Assembly: GCF_001194135.2 (NCBI RefSeq)
Contig: NC_068994.1
Location: 17,233,894-17,297,893 of the forward strand
Source of the DNA: Octopus bimaculoides
Taxonomy: Eukaryota
Length of the DNA stretch: 64,000 nucleotides
Direction: 5' to 3'
Every line of letters begins with the position of its first letter. Position 1 is the first letter of the stretch. The notes beneath the pieces are model-generated. The model was not told the origin of the DNA. It saw only the letters and a list, made by a program, of their open reading frames with translations, and did not search any database. Of the stretch, positions 50,737 to 62,634 are shown piece by piece. A program made the position numbers and the translations under genes.

Positions 50737-50956
50737 CCCTTTAGCTTTCAGATTATTCTATCGAATATAATGCTTATCCACTCACATTGCTTTGAATTTG
50801 CTATGCATTATCTCACAGCTTTAAAATTTCGATGATGTGATAATAGTTTCTTAGAATAACATTGTAGGGTAGGTGAAAGAGGCTGGATCTGGTTGGTTTG
50901 AACATAAGACAGGTAGAATATTTGGGCTGGATATGACTGGTTTAAATGCTAAGGGG
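50737..50956. mobile_element. piggyBac-like MITE
   Basis: TTAA|CCCTTTAGC..GCTAAGGGG|TTAA. Confidence 0.8.
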
Positions 50957-53134
50957 TTAATCCATGTCTTATCACCAGTAGTAATGAACCATCTTTTTTT
51001 GACTTTTTACTTGTTTCAGTCATTGGCCTGTGGCCATGCTGGAGTACTGCCTTTGAAGGTGCAGTGAAACTAATCAACCACAGTAAAGAGGATTGTCCTG
51101 TGTCAGTGCCACATAAAAAGCACTTATGCTGGTGCCATGTAATAGTGCTCATGCTGGTGCCACGTTAAGAGCACCCACCATACACTGTAAAGTGGTTGGC
51201 ATTAAGAAGGGCATCCAACCATAAAAACCAAACCAAATCAGACTGGAACCTGAGCTGTACCAGCTCTCCTGCTTGCCAGCTCTGGTCAAACTGTCCAGAC
51301 CATGTCAACATGGATAATGGATGTTAAAGAATGATGATGATGATCATCATCATCATTACTTAACATCCATTGTCCCTGCTGACATGGGTTGGATGGTTTG
51401 ACCAGGGCTGGCAAGCTGGGGAGCTGCACCAGACTCCAATCTGATTTGGCATGGTTTCTATGGCTGGATGCCCTTCTTAACACCTACTGGCATATATATG
51501 TCTACCAAATTCATTCACAAGGGATTTATTTGCCTTGCAGTAGCACTGACTCGAAAACCATGTGATTGCAAAGAAGCTTCTTAACTACAAAGCCAGGCTA
51601 TTTTGTGAAACATTTTTGAAGATTATAATACAAATTGTTAAAGAAGTTGTTGCATAGCCTTTTCTGTTTTTCCAAAATGCAGCAGATAATCCATCTACAA
51701 CTAATCTTATTAATATTCAGATGTTTATTAAGTATTTTGCTGGCCAAAGCTAGGTGTTTCTGTGTGATAAGAAGATTACTTCCCATCTATGTGGTGTTGG
51801 ATTCAATCCTACCACGTGACACTTTGGGTAAGTGTTTTCTGCTATAGCCCTAGGTCAACCAAAGCCTTGTAAGTGAATTTGGTTGACAGAAACTGAATGA
51901 AGCCTCTTGTGTGTGTGTGTGTGTCCAACAATAGCTTAACAACTGGCGTTGTTTTGTTTGCATCCCTGTTACTGAGCGGTTCAGCAAAAAGAGACCAATA
52001 AAATATGTAACAGGCTAAAAAAAAAATAAAAGTAAATAAGTGTTGGGGTTCATGTTGTTTTTTTTTCAACAAAAACCCTTCAAAGCAGTGCTCCAGCATG
52101 ACCACAGTCTAAAGATAAAATGCAATGTTCCTATTTGTTATCATTGGATCCACTTCAGATATACTTTTTACTCACTCTATTGTCCTCAGCTGTCTCATTA
52201 TGATATTCATTGCTCACTCATTCCTGTCTCTAAAGTATTTTTTTAATTTCCAAATTGTTCATGAAACCATTGTTTCACTGTCATAAACTTCCTACAAATC
52301 TTAAAATATTTTGTCTTTTGTCACTGTACTTATTCAATTTATTATAAAATTTGACTATAACTCATTGTTCTTGCTTGTTTCATGTGAAAAGAGTTATTTT
52401 TTTACGAGTATAATTGCTTAACAATTCAGTCGTCATTTTTTTTCCCGACATTGAATTCAAATAATATTTATTTTTATATCTTTGTCCATTGTGCTTAAAT
52501 TAATGTTTTGAGCTACCTTTCATATAGATATGTGCGTATGTGTACACAGACACACATACACATATATGTACATACATATNNNNNNNNNNNNNNNNNNNNN
52601 NNNNNNNNNNNNNNNNNNNNNNNNNNNNNNNNNNNNNNNNNNNNNNNNNNNNNNNNNNNNNNNNNNNNNNNNNNNNNNNNNNNNNNNNNNNNNNNNNNNN
52701 NNNNNNNNNNNNNNNNNNNNNNNNNNNNNNNNNNNNNNNNNNNNNNNNNNNNNNNNNNNNNNNNNNNNNNNNNNNNNNNNNNNNNNNNNNNNNNNNNNNN
52801 NNNNNNNNNNNNNNNNNNNNNNNNNNNNNNNNNNNNNNNNNNNNNNNNNNNNNNNNNNNNNNNNNNNNNNNNNNNNNNNNNNNNNNNNNNNNNATTTGAA
52901 GCCAATGTTATGAATTCAAATCCAGGTGGAGTTTTAAGTTTGAACTTCATCACTTTTCATTCAATAGTATAAGTATTAAGTATGTTTTGAGATTTATTCC
53001 ATTAACTGTATTCTACTCCTACAAATCTATGGCTTTTTACAACTCTGTAAGAAACCCTAGTTTTATAATCTAATTATATTAGTAGAATACTATATTTCCA
53101 CTTTTTTTTTTTTTTCTCTTTTAGAGACGAAAGC

Positions 53135-54756
53135 ATGTGTGATACTGATGCCGATAACAATAATGTAGTTGAAAATCCAGACCCAGAAGCTGATTCTGCT
53201 GATGTTCTTGTAGAAGATGAACTTGCAATTGGAGATGATGTTGAAGCAGATATCAGAGGTGTACCTGCTGTAGATGCTGATTTCTGGCCTCAGGATTATG
53301 AGGATGTTGAAGCTCTCATCTACCAGCAGGTTGAAAATGCCCCAGATTCAGCATTGAATCAACAGAATAATGTGCAAGAAGGTGATATTGAAGTAAATCA
53401 AGAAAGATCTGATTCATTTGCAGAAGCTGGTAACCTCTATGAGGATAATAACATCCACATTCAACCATTCCTTCCTGTTTCTCCTGAGTCAGTAGCTGAC
53501 ACTGCACCTGAAGATGAAATATTAGAGAATACAATTAGAGATAGTGAAGAGAGAAGCGAAGATTTCGAGCCTGAATGTGATCAGGCTATAGTTATAAATG
53601 ATGAAGACGACTGTGATAATGACAATTGTGACAATGTTGTACAGGTGCATGAGTCAGTAGAAATTGAAAGCAGTTCTGCAGATAATCTCCTACATGCAGC
53701 ATTAGTTAACCCAAATGAAATAGCCACTAAAATGGATGAAGCTAACTCTGTGCCAAATGAAACAAATAGCCAACCCCTGGCTGCAGATAACTGTGTTGGT
53801 GTTGAGGATGATAAAAATGATGCAGCTAGTACAAATGAACATTCTTCCAGTTTACAACAGCCAGCTGCCACTTCTACAAACAATAACACTCAGTCAATTA
53901 CACAAAGCACTACTTCTGGTGATCTTCAGTTAGAATCATGCTGCCTTTCTCCTGAACTCAGCAAAAGTGCTAATAAATCTGATGAAACTGGTGATAGCAG
54001 TTCTATTTCAGTAACTGCAGAAAATAAAACTGAATCTAGAGAATTGATTCCATCTAAGGAAACCATTGATACACAACAGCATGACACAGAATTAGTCAAT
54101 AGTAGCACAAATGAGGTGGCTTCTAGTAATCTAGAAGATTCTCAGCCAGTTTCATCTGGAATGGAACAACAAAAACATGAACCAGTTGCCTCTGCAAACC
54201 ATTTATTGAATAACATCGATGTTGGTTATGATGCAGTCTCTTGGACTGAGAATAACAATTCAGAACTTATGGACAATAAACTTGACAGTAATAGCACAAC
54301 TCCTGTTCACATATCAGATACTAACACTGCAGATACATGTGCAGAAAAAACAAACACTTTGAATATTAGTCCTTCTGTTGCACCTGTTCACTTACCTGAT
54401 TTAGAATCCAATCAAGAACCAAATCCACAAAGCTGTCGTCATGTTGCTAACATTGAATGTGAACAAACTGTAACAGTGAAAAGAGCTCCTGATTCAATGA
54501 CATCATCATCACCAGTCCCTGATCAGACTCACTCCAATGGGTCCACTGAAGATCATGATGGAAAAGATGATCAATTACTAAATGAATTAGAGGAAGAGCT
54601 GTTAACAACACACCAGCCATTACCTCAGAGTAGTGGCCTGTCCTTCAATGGCTTGACAAAGATAGACATAAATCAGATTCCAGAATTCTTGGATCTCAAA
54701 CAAAACTTCCAATCTCTAAAGAAGGAATTAGCAGCAAGTAAACAACAGATTAAATT
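53135..54756 (+). CDS. CCDC186: Large coding exon (exon starts 53125): acidic/Ser-Thr-Asn-rich disordered region entering a coiled coil; probable CCDC186/CCCP-1-like protein N-terminus
   Basis: Strong acceptor (t)n ctcttttAG, ATG with A at -3, 540 open codons and donor TT|GTAAGT (phase 2; the ORF stop lies inside the donor). QLLNELEEELLTT..FNGLTK resembles recalled human CCDC186 DLLEEIESELLST..PNGMNK, followed by the heptad-like LKQNFQSLKKELAASKQQIKL. Exon status high confidence; gene identity about 0.5. Confidence 0.85.
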
Positions 54757-54927
54757 GTAAGTAAAATTATTTCTACAATCTGAATTTATACACAAAATTA
54801 TAAGTAAGTTGAAGTTACTGTTAGCTCATCTTATGTGATACATAGTGTCTTTGGTCAACAAGACATGTAATCCTATCTACCTTTATAAAATGTTAGCAAG
54901 CATTTCTAGGCTAAAAATACTCTAGAC

Positions 54928-55304
54928 TAATGTTTTCTAACCCATTTTCCCCTCAGGCCCCTCTATAACTTTCCAGAAAAATGTATGCCCCACTGACGGT
55001 TGTAAAAAAAACAACTTCATTTTAAATATTTCAAGATTATATACTTTCTTTACAGAAATATCCACACCAGGACACTAGAATAGCACTATACTGTAGCAAA
55101 CAGTATTCACACAGTATGCTTGGCTGGAGGGATTGGTTTGGCTAGGCTGAGTATAAGTGTAGTATGTTAGCTGTGAAAAAAAGATTTTTCACAATTCCAT
55201 GTCCCACTAAAAGGAAAAAAAGAAAAAAATCTTTGATCCCATGCTCTACCATAACTTTCCCAGGTTCCACCAGTGGGGCATATGCCCCACTTTGGGAATC
55301 ACTG
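54928..55304. mobile_element. hAT (Charlie-like) MITE
   Basis: ctctagac|taatgttttctaacc..tttgggaatcactg|ctctacac (TSD 7/8). Confidence 0.7.
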
Positions 55305-55472
55305 CTCTACACTCTCTGATAAGAAGTGGTGAGCATAAGGAGCTGAACTCTAACCATAGGATTATTAGTTTGAATGCTATTGTAAGTATTGTGCTGTGCC
55401 CCTGAACTGGGAGGCACATAACTCTGAATATGTTTGCTTAACTGGCAGAAAAAATGTCTCATTCTTCTAAGT

Positions 55473-55555
55473 CAGTGGTTCCCAACCTGTGGTCCACAGA
55501 CCCCTGGTGGTCTGCAAATGTAGTATTGGGGGTCTGCGAACTAAATTCAAAATTT

Positions 55556-55589
<34 letters not shown>

Positions 55590-55669
55590 AGGATAAACAT
55601 ATTAAAAGGGGTCCATGGGAAAACTCAAATAAAAGGGGTCCTTGGTAGTAAAAAGGTTGGAAACCACTG
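55473..55669. mobile_element. hAT (Charlie-like) MITE with perfect 8-bp TSD
   Basis: TTCTAAGT|CAGTGGTTCCCAACC..GGTTGGAAACCACTG|TTCTAAGT; internal (CA)n. Confidence 0.9.
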
Positions 55670-55726
55670 TTCTAAGTTATAAGTTGGTAGGGCATCTATC
55701 TGTAAAAGCAAATATATATATATATA

Positions 55727-56045
55727 CAGGGGTTGGACAAAATAATGGGAACACCTTATAATTTCAAACAAATTTATTTTACTATGGGGTAGGACCACCT
55801 TTGGCAATAATTACAGCTTGAATTCTACAAGGTATGGACTCGTACAAAGTTTAAATTGTTTCCAAAGGATCTGTAATTTTAATGAATTTTAATTACCTTT
55901 TTCTGATGATATCTGAAAAGAAAGAGTAATTTTAGCAAAACATATTAAACAACACTAATAATAAATCAAAAAACATAGAAATAAACAAGCTTTTGATGGT
56001 TTTATAGATATTTCAAAATTATGATGCTAAGATGCTAGGTGTTTC
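55727..56045. mobile_element. Internally deleted Tc1-like element
   Basis: TA|CAGGGGTTGGACAAAATAATGGGAACACC terminus; the inner part of the opposite TIR (aggtgtttc) survives at 56037-56045. Confidence 0.6.
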
Positions 56046-56303
56046 GTGTTTGGGATGGTCATGTTGCCAGTTTAGCCAATAAAAACACATGCACCAAAAT
56101 GGCTGATCGTTAGTAAGGAAAGACACAAATAAGAAATAAGAAAGCAAAGGACCACTGATGAGGTCACAGAAGTGTGATGAAAGAACGCTGGCCAAAATAT
56201 GATTAATTTAAAAAACTAAAATAAAGCTGAAGCACATTAACACCAAATATATAGTGTGTGTGTTTTTATTGGCTAAACTGGCAACATGACCATCCCCAAA
56301 TAC
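56046..56303 (+). mobile_element. About 45-bp inverted repeats enclosing a decayed hammerhead-like core (Penelope-like remnant)
   Basis: gggatggtcatgttgccagtttagccaataaaaacaca and its reverse complement at 56254-56303; CTGATGA G GTCACA GAAG TGTGAT GAAA at 56155-56182. Confidence 0.55.
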
Positions 56304-56381
56304 AACATCTGTTTCAACACACGATTTCACATCAAGAATCTTGCAAAACGAATATATAAACGTGTGTACATATATATATAA

Positions 56382-56625
56382 ACCCTGCTGTACTCTTCCA
56401 CCACAACTTTCTCTCACTCTTACTTCCTGTTTCTGTTGTACCTGTATTTCAAAGGGCCAGCCTTGTCACACTCTGTCACGCTGAATATCCCCGAGAACTA
56501 CGTTAAGGGTACACGTGTCTGTGGAGTGCTCAACCACTTGCACGTTAATTTCACGAGCAGGCTGTTCCGTTGATCGAATCAACTGGAACCCTCGACATCG
56601 TAAGCGATGGAGTGCCAACAACAAT
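56382..56625 (+). mobile_element. 5'-truncated family C SINE
   Basis: ccctgctgtactcttccaccacaac..gatggagtgccaacaacaa. Confidence 0.85.
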
Positions 56626-57631
56626 CTGAAATGTAAACATATTTATCTTGTAGGCTTTTAAGAAGCAGTATTAAGCTCCATTTTCAAGCAGTAGACGAGG
56701 GAAACATTTTGCCTAGATTGGATCTAATGTAATAAAAAGAACAACAAAAGACTGTGCTAAAACTCATACAAACATGTCAGGAATGCTTGAATGAAACCAA
56801 AAAAAGCAATATATATTTTACATGAAACAACTACAGCAAACTCTGTTGATTCTTCATGGTCAAGGACATCTTTGTATTATTCTGGTCTCAATTGCATTTA
56901 TATTTACATTTAATAAAAGACATTTTCAACTACCTTTGTGAATGTTGGGATATCATTCAAAACTGGCTTTTGTGTGTGTTAGAAATGAAATATATTCTCA
57001 CAAACTAGAACTTTACAAAACAGTTGTTACACAAATGTGAGTATATAACAATAACTCTACTATTTATAGATAACATTTCCTGTCATTTGGCTTTGATACT
57101 GAAAAATAATTTTTTTCTTGGTCATGATGGAAAAAGATAGTAGTCCTATGATAAACAAATCTGCTTGAGATGTTTAACATCAAGGATGCTAAAAACAAGT
57201 TTTAAAAATAAGGCAAATTTCATGTCTAATTAGACAGTGGTTTGAGGTACTACAGTACAAACTTAAATTGTTATGGTGTTCTAAGATTGCCTGGATACCA
57301 GGAAAAGAGTTCAGAGAATGCTGTAGAATTAGTGGAGATATTATGCCTTACCCAGGAACATAATATATTCTGCAGCTAAATGTCAATTGCAAAACTTCAG
57401 TTTCTTACATGTTCAGCTGTTAGCTTTGCTTATAGTTATTTTATAATTATATGAAAATGATTGAATGGGTGGCTGTGTGGTTAAGAGGTTTTCTTCCTGA
57501 CCACATGTTATCAGGTTCAGTCCCATTGTGTGGAACCTTAGGCAAGTGGCTTCTGCTATAGCCCTGGGTTGACCAAAGCTGTGTAAGTAGATCTAGGAAA
57601 TGGAAACTGAAAGAAGCCTGTCATATATATA

Positions 57632-58033
57632 CTCTTTTACTCTTTTACTTGTTTCAGTCATTTGACTGTGGCCATGCTGGAGCACCGCCTTTAGTCAAGC
57701 AAATCAACCCCAGGACTTATTCTTTGTAAGTCGAGTATTTATTCTATCAGTCTCTTTTGCCGAACCGCTAAGTTACACACCAGCATCGCTTGTCAAGCGA
57801 TGTTGGGGGGGACAAACACAGACACACAAACACACACACACAAACACACACACACACACGCACACATATACGACAGGCTTCTTTCAGTTTCCGTTTACCA
57901 AATCCACTCACAAGGCTTTGGTCGGCCTGAGGCTATAGTAGAAGACACTTGCCCAAGGTGCCATGCAGTGGGACTGAACCCGGAACCATGTGGCTGGTAA
58001 GTAAGCTACTTACCACACAGCCACTCCTATGCC
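57632..58033 (-). mobile_element. Full-length family A SINE inserted, inverted, into the (TA)n of an older + strand copy (5' half 57465-57625)
   Basis: Complete reverse-complement copy with internal (CA)n; the host continues at 58034-58320. Confidence 0.85.
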
Positions 58034-58590
58034 TACATATGTATATATATATATATATGTGTGTGTGTATGTAAATGTGTGTGTGTATGTCCTTTTCTTG
58101 ACATTGTGTGATAATTGTAAAATGATTGTCACAGTCATAAAAGCAGTGTCATTTATTTCCAATATTCAGCAGGAACATGTCTAGCCATGGAGAAATATTA
58201 TATTGCGTAGAAACAGGTGAGAGTTGACAACAGGAAGGTCACCTGGGTGCAGAAAATCAACCTTAAGAAACTCAGCCCAAACCATGCAAGCATGGAAAAA
58301 TGAGCATTAAGAGGTTGATAATGACATGGAAATTTAGTAGTGTCACGATAAGTTGTGGTGTTAGGGTGTTGGCTGAACAATTCATTGTGGATTATATTAT
58401 CATGAAAAGGTACTCATTGTTTGGCTTCAGCTCTGTTTTTCTTTTACCTGACACAGTGAATCCATGATCTAATGTATCCACATCATGCAATGTGTCAGAG
58501 CGTCCATGTAGCTGTAAAAATTTTATGCACCAATACTTGTTTAATTCTGGAGTAGTTGACATGAATCAGACAAAATTGAAGACTCATCAT

Positions 58591-59995
58591 CAAGGTTTAG
58601 AATCAAAGGGCCTTAAAGTTAACCTTGCAAAAAACAAAGTCTTAATATGTAGGAAGGCAGACAAATCACAAATCCCTTCAGGTAGATGGCCCTACCTGAT
58701 CTGTATAAAAGGCATAGGTAGAAACTCCATAAGATGTACCCTGTGTAAGCTTTGGATGTATAAGAGCTGCAGCAATATCAGGGGAAGGTTGACAGGGAAA
58801 ATAGCTTTTGTGTGTGGAAGACGCACAGGTGCAATAAACACCGAAAAATGTGCAGAAAATAGACTCCATCAACTGCCAGGTGGAGTGAGCTAGAGGTAGT
58901 AGATAGTTTCTGTTATCTAGGTGACCAAGTTAGTAGTGGAGGTGGATGCTCCAAGAGCGTAGTTGTGAGAATAAGAATAGGCTGGGCAGAATTCAGAGAG
59001 CTCCTACCCCTGCTGGAAACTAAGGGCCTCTCCCTCAGAGTGAAAGGCTGATTGTATGATGCCTGTGTGAGTGAACAGCTATGCTGCATGGCTGTGAAAT
59101 GTGGGCTGTGACAGCTGAGGACATGCATAGGCTTGAAAGAAATGAAGCCAGTATGCTTAGCTGGATGTGCAATGTCAGTGTGCATGTTCAACAGAGTGTA
59201 AGCGTCTTGAGGGAAAAGTTGGGCATAAGAGGCATCAGATGTGGTGTGCAAGAGAGACGACTGCACTGGTATGGTCATGTGCTGCATATGGATGAGGACA
59301 GCTGTGTAAAGAAGTGCTGATCTCTAACTATAGAGGGAACCTGTGGTAGAGGTAGACATGGGATGAGGTGGTGAAGCACGATCTTCGAACTTTGGGCCTC
59401 ACAGAGGCAATGACTAGTGACCAAGGCCTTTGGCGATATGCTGTGCTTGAGAAGACCTGTCAAGCCAACTATGCTGATGTCACATACTGGCACTCATACC
59501 GGTGGCACGTATAAAGCACCNNNNNNNNNNACCAAGGCCTTTGGCGATATGCTGTGCTTGAGAAGACCTGTCAAGCCAATGGCTGATGCTGATGTCACAT
59601 ACTGGCACTCATACCGGTGGCACGTATAAAGCACCTTTCAAGCATTGGGCCTCATGGAGGCAAAGTGGCCAATGCCAGTGGTTTGTGAAAAGCTCCTTTT
59701 GAGTGTTGGGCCTCACGGAGACAATGACCAAGACCTTTGGCATTATGTCATGCTTGAGAAGAAGTCCCATCAAGCTAAGTAAAACCACAGTCATTGCAGA
59801 TACCAGTGTCACACAAATGGCATATAAAAGCACCCATTACACTCTCGGAGTGGTTGGCATTAGGAAGGGCATCCAGCTGTAGAAACCATGCCAAAATAGA
59901 CTGGGGTCTGGTGCAGCCTTCCAGCTTACCAGCCCTGGTCAAACTGTCTAACTTATGCCAACATGGACAACAGATGCTAAATGATGGTGATGATA
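58591..59995 (+). mobile_element. 5'-truncated RTE-clade LINE: end of RT, C-terminal region and 3' UTR
   Basis: GLKVNLAKNKVL, Cys-rich insert, LEVVDSFCYLGD..GWAEFRELLPLL, MLHGCEMWAV..ERNEASML.WMC, RLHWYGHVLHMDEDSCVKKC, GTCGRGR; stops and frameshifts; UTR ends ggaagggcatccagc..(gat)n. Confidence 0.9.
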
Positions 59996-60814
59996 AATGT
60001 TCTAATTTGTTCACTCCAATAAGTCATCCTTTTTCTACATATCCCCTATCATTATTTCTTTTCTCAATATATATTTCACATCCCTTTTTCCCATATTATA
60101 AATTTTGGTATGGGGAAGATGATTAGCCCCAAATCAATCCTAATATCTTGCTAAATTTTATATTATTGATCCCAGAGAAATTTCCATGTAGAAATGAGAG
60201 TAGAGAGACAGACAAAGAATCTTGATTGCCAAAACTATTTTAGCCTAGTATTACATTTTTATTAACTACATTCTCTTAAATAACACCATTTCTTATTATT
60301 TAGTGTAGGTTTAGCTTTGAGTCTAAAAAGAATAATGGGAGATATTTAGAATTCTAATAGCATTAAGTAGATCTTAGAAGAAGAGAATCAATAAAAGCTG
60401 GGATATTGGAAATTTCTTGTGTTGATGCTTAGAGCTTTTAGATTCAAGTCATTTTTATAAAAGCCCCATAACTGAACTAATATTCTAGTCTAGTAGTACT
60501 ACTATGCTTCATAATATCAGTATGGAACAAAATCCATTTAGATGTGATAGCTCTCTTTGTTATGGTTAAGTTTTTGTTGTTTTTGTTTAGCACCAAGCCA
60601 GCTATAAAGGAGTACACTTTTGATCAAAAGCATTCCACCCATGACCATCCCATTTCCTACTTAGACATTATGTGTCTAATACTTTGACAAATATAGTCTT
60701 AAATTATCCTCTTTTTTTTTTCTTGACAAAAAAAAAAAAAGGACAATTGGGTGTGATTCGGTAGTTATTTCTTGCAAGTTTAATGACCATATAAATACAT
60801 CTTCACTCTTGTGA

Positions 60815-61385
60815 TGTTGGTTTTGGTCATGGTGAATGTTCTTTTGGGTTTTAATTGTGGTGTTGGTAGTAGTTGTGGTGACAATAATACCAACAACAGC
60901 AGTGATGAGGGTGTTTTGTTTAGTATTTCTATTATGTTACTGTGACAACTTAGTGGTTGTAACAGATAATGATATAGTTCTCAAAATGGATATTGTGGTA
61001 GTGGTGATGGTTATAATAGTAATTGTAGAGATAGTTGTTATACTAGTTTAGAAGACTGGGGTGGCTACTGTAGTAGCTGTGATGGTAGTTTCTGTAGTTA
61101 TCATTATAGAATCCGTGATGGCTGTTGTGGAAGTTGTTAAACTAGTGACTGAAATAGTGGTTGTTGTTGTTGCTGTGGTAGTGCTAGTAGTCATAGAGTC
61201 TGTGGTGGTGGTAGCTGTGGTAGTAGTGGTGTTGATTTTAATTATTGCAGTGGAAATTATTGAACTGGTAACTGAAATAGCAGTGTGATGGTTGTTAAAG
61301 ACAGTAGCTGTAGTTGTATTAGTGGTCATCATAGCGTATGTGGAGGCTATTGTTGTAGTAGAGGTTGTTCACTAGTGGTTGTAGA
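60815..61385. repeat. Degenerate (GTN)n/(GAT)n trinucleotide low-complexity tract; similar tracts at 63400-63560 and 63770-63860
   Basis: gtggtggtagtagttgt runs; produces spurious Val-rich and Thr-rich ORFs. Confidence 0.8.
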
Positions 61386-62634
61386 ACCAGTGTTCCAGTT
61401 AGTTGTTTCGTGCTGGCACGGCTGTGTGGTTTAGAAGTTTTGCTTCCCAACCACATGGTTTCAGGATCAGTCCCATTGTATGGCACCTTGGACAAATGAA
61501 TTCTGCTAAAGTACTCAACCATCTAAAACCTTGTGAATGGATTTGGTAAGCATAAGCTGAAAGAAACTCATCATATATGTGTGATTTTTTTTATTGCCCA
61601 CAAGGGGCCAACACAGAGAGGGCCATCATATATGTGCGTGTGCATGTATATGCATGTTTGTTTGCTTCCATGTCTTCACATTGCATGGTAGGTGTAAACA
61701 AATGTCACCATCATACAAGCAGTGTTGTTTGTTTCCAGTTTTCTATGAAACTGTTTGGTCATGAGGGAAATATTACCTTGCTTGCAAACAAGTGAGGGTT
61801 AGCAACAGGCGGGACATTTGGTTATAGAAAGTCTGCCTTGATAAATTCTGTCCAACCAATGCAGGCATGGAAAAGTAGACATTAAAATGATAATGATGGT
61901 GATTGCCAATCTTATTTTTGCATGGAACCTATTATGCAATTGTTAAAAAACTCATAAAACCCATACCTCTTTTATATTCACCTTCTTGTACCCTGAGGCT
62001 ATTCCCTGACACCTTATCACCACCATCACTATTCTCTCTTTCCAATTGGGGTAGCTATGTATCTCCTGTACAGCAAGACACCGGCTTCTATCCTTCTATC
62101 ATAAAAACCTGACATAAAGTCACCTCCTCCAGTATTATGCCTCCACCACTCATTGAAAGCATTTTGTCTTCTAAGCTATTTGGTGATCTCATTAGTGCCA
62201 GTACCAATGTTAAAGCGCCCAATATATTCTTTAAAGTGGTTGGCATTAGGGAGGCCATGCAACAGCTGATACTGGAGCTCAATGCTGCCTTCCATCTCAT
62301 CAGATCTTTGTCAAACCATCCAACCAATGCCAACATGGAAGCTAGACATTATATGACAATGGTAGCAGCAGTGGTGGTATAACTTTTTTTGAAAATGGTG
62401 GATATTTAATTTTATTCATTTCAAGTTCTAGCACAAGGCCAGCAAGTTTGGGGGAGTAGGTAAGTCAATTACATCGACCCTCCCTCCCTCAGTGCTCAAC
62501 TGGTACTTATCTTAGCAACCCTGAAAGGATAGAGGACAAAGTCAATCTCAGTGCATTTGAACTCAGATTGTAAAGACATGAAATACTGCTAAGCATTTTG
62601 CTCAGTGTGCTAATGATTCTGCCAGCTTTTTGCC

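Larger units (their letters stand above)
5526..59530. other. Assembly gaps: 5526-5626, 8612-9546, 10398-11077, 21451-21839, 30079-30088, 31548-31651, 36617-37071, 47240-47857, 48741-48750, 52580-52893, 59521-59530
   Basis: N runs, mostly adjoining (TA)n tracts or RTE UTR tandem arrays. Confidence 0.99.

Noticed and set aside
53316-54108. Minus-strand ORFs overlapping the large exon
   Set aside because: Antisense shadows of the real plus-strand exon.
60836-61332. Thr-rich mucin-like ORF (-) and Val-rich membrane-like ORFs (+)
   Set aside because: All frames derive from a degenerate GTN trinucleotide tract; no splice signals or non-repetitive coding context.
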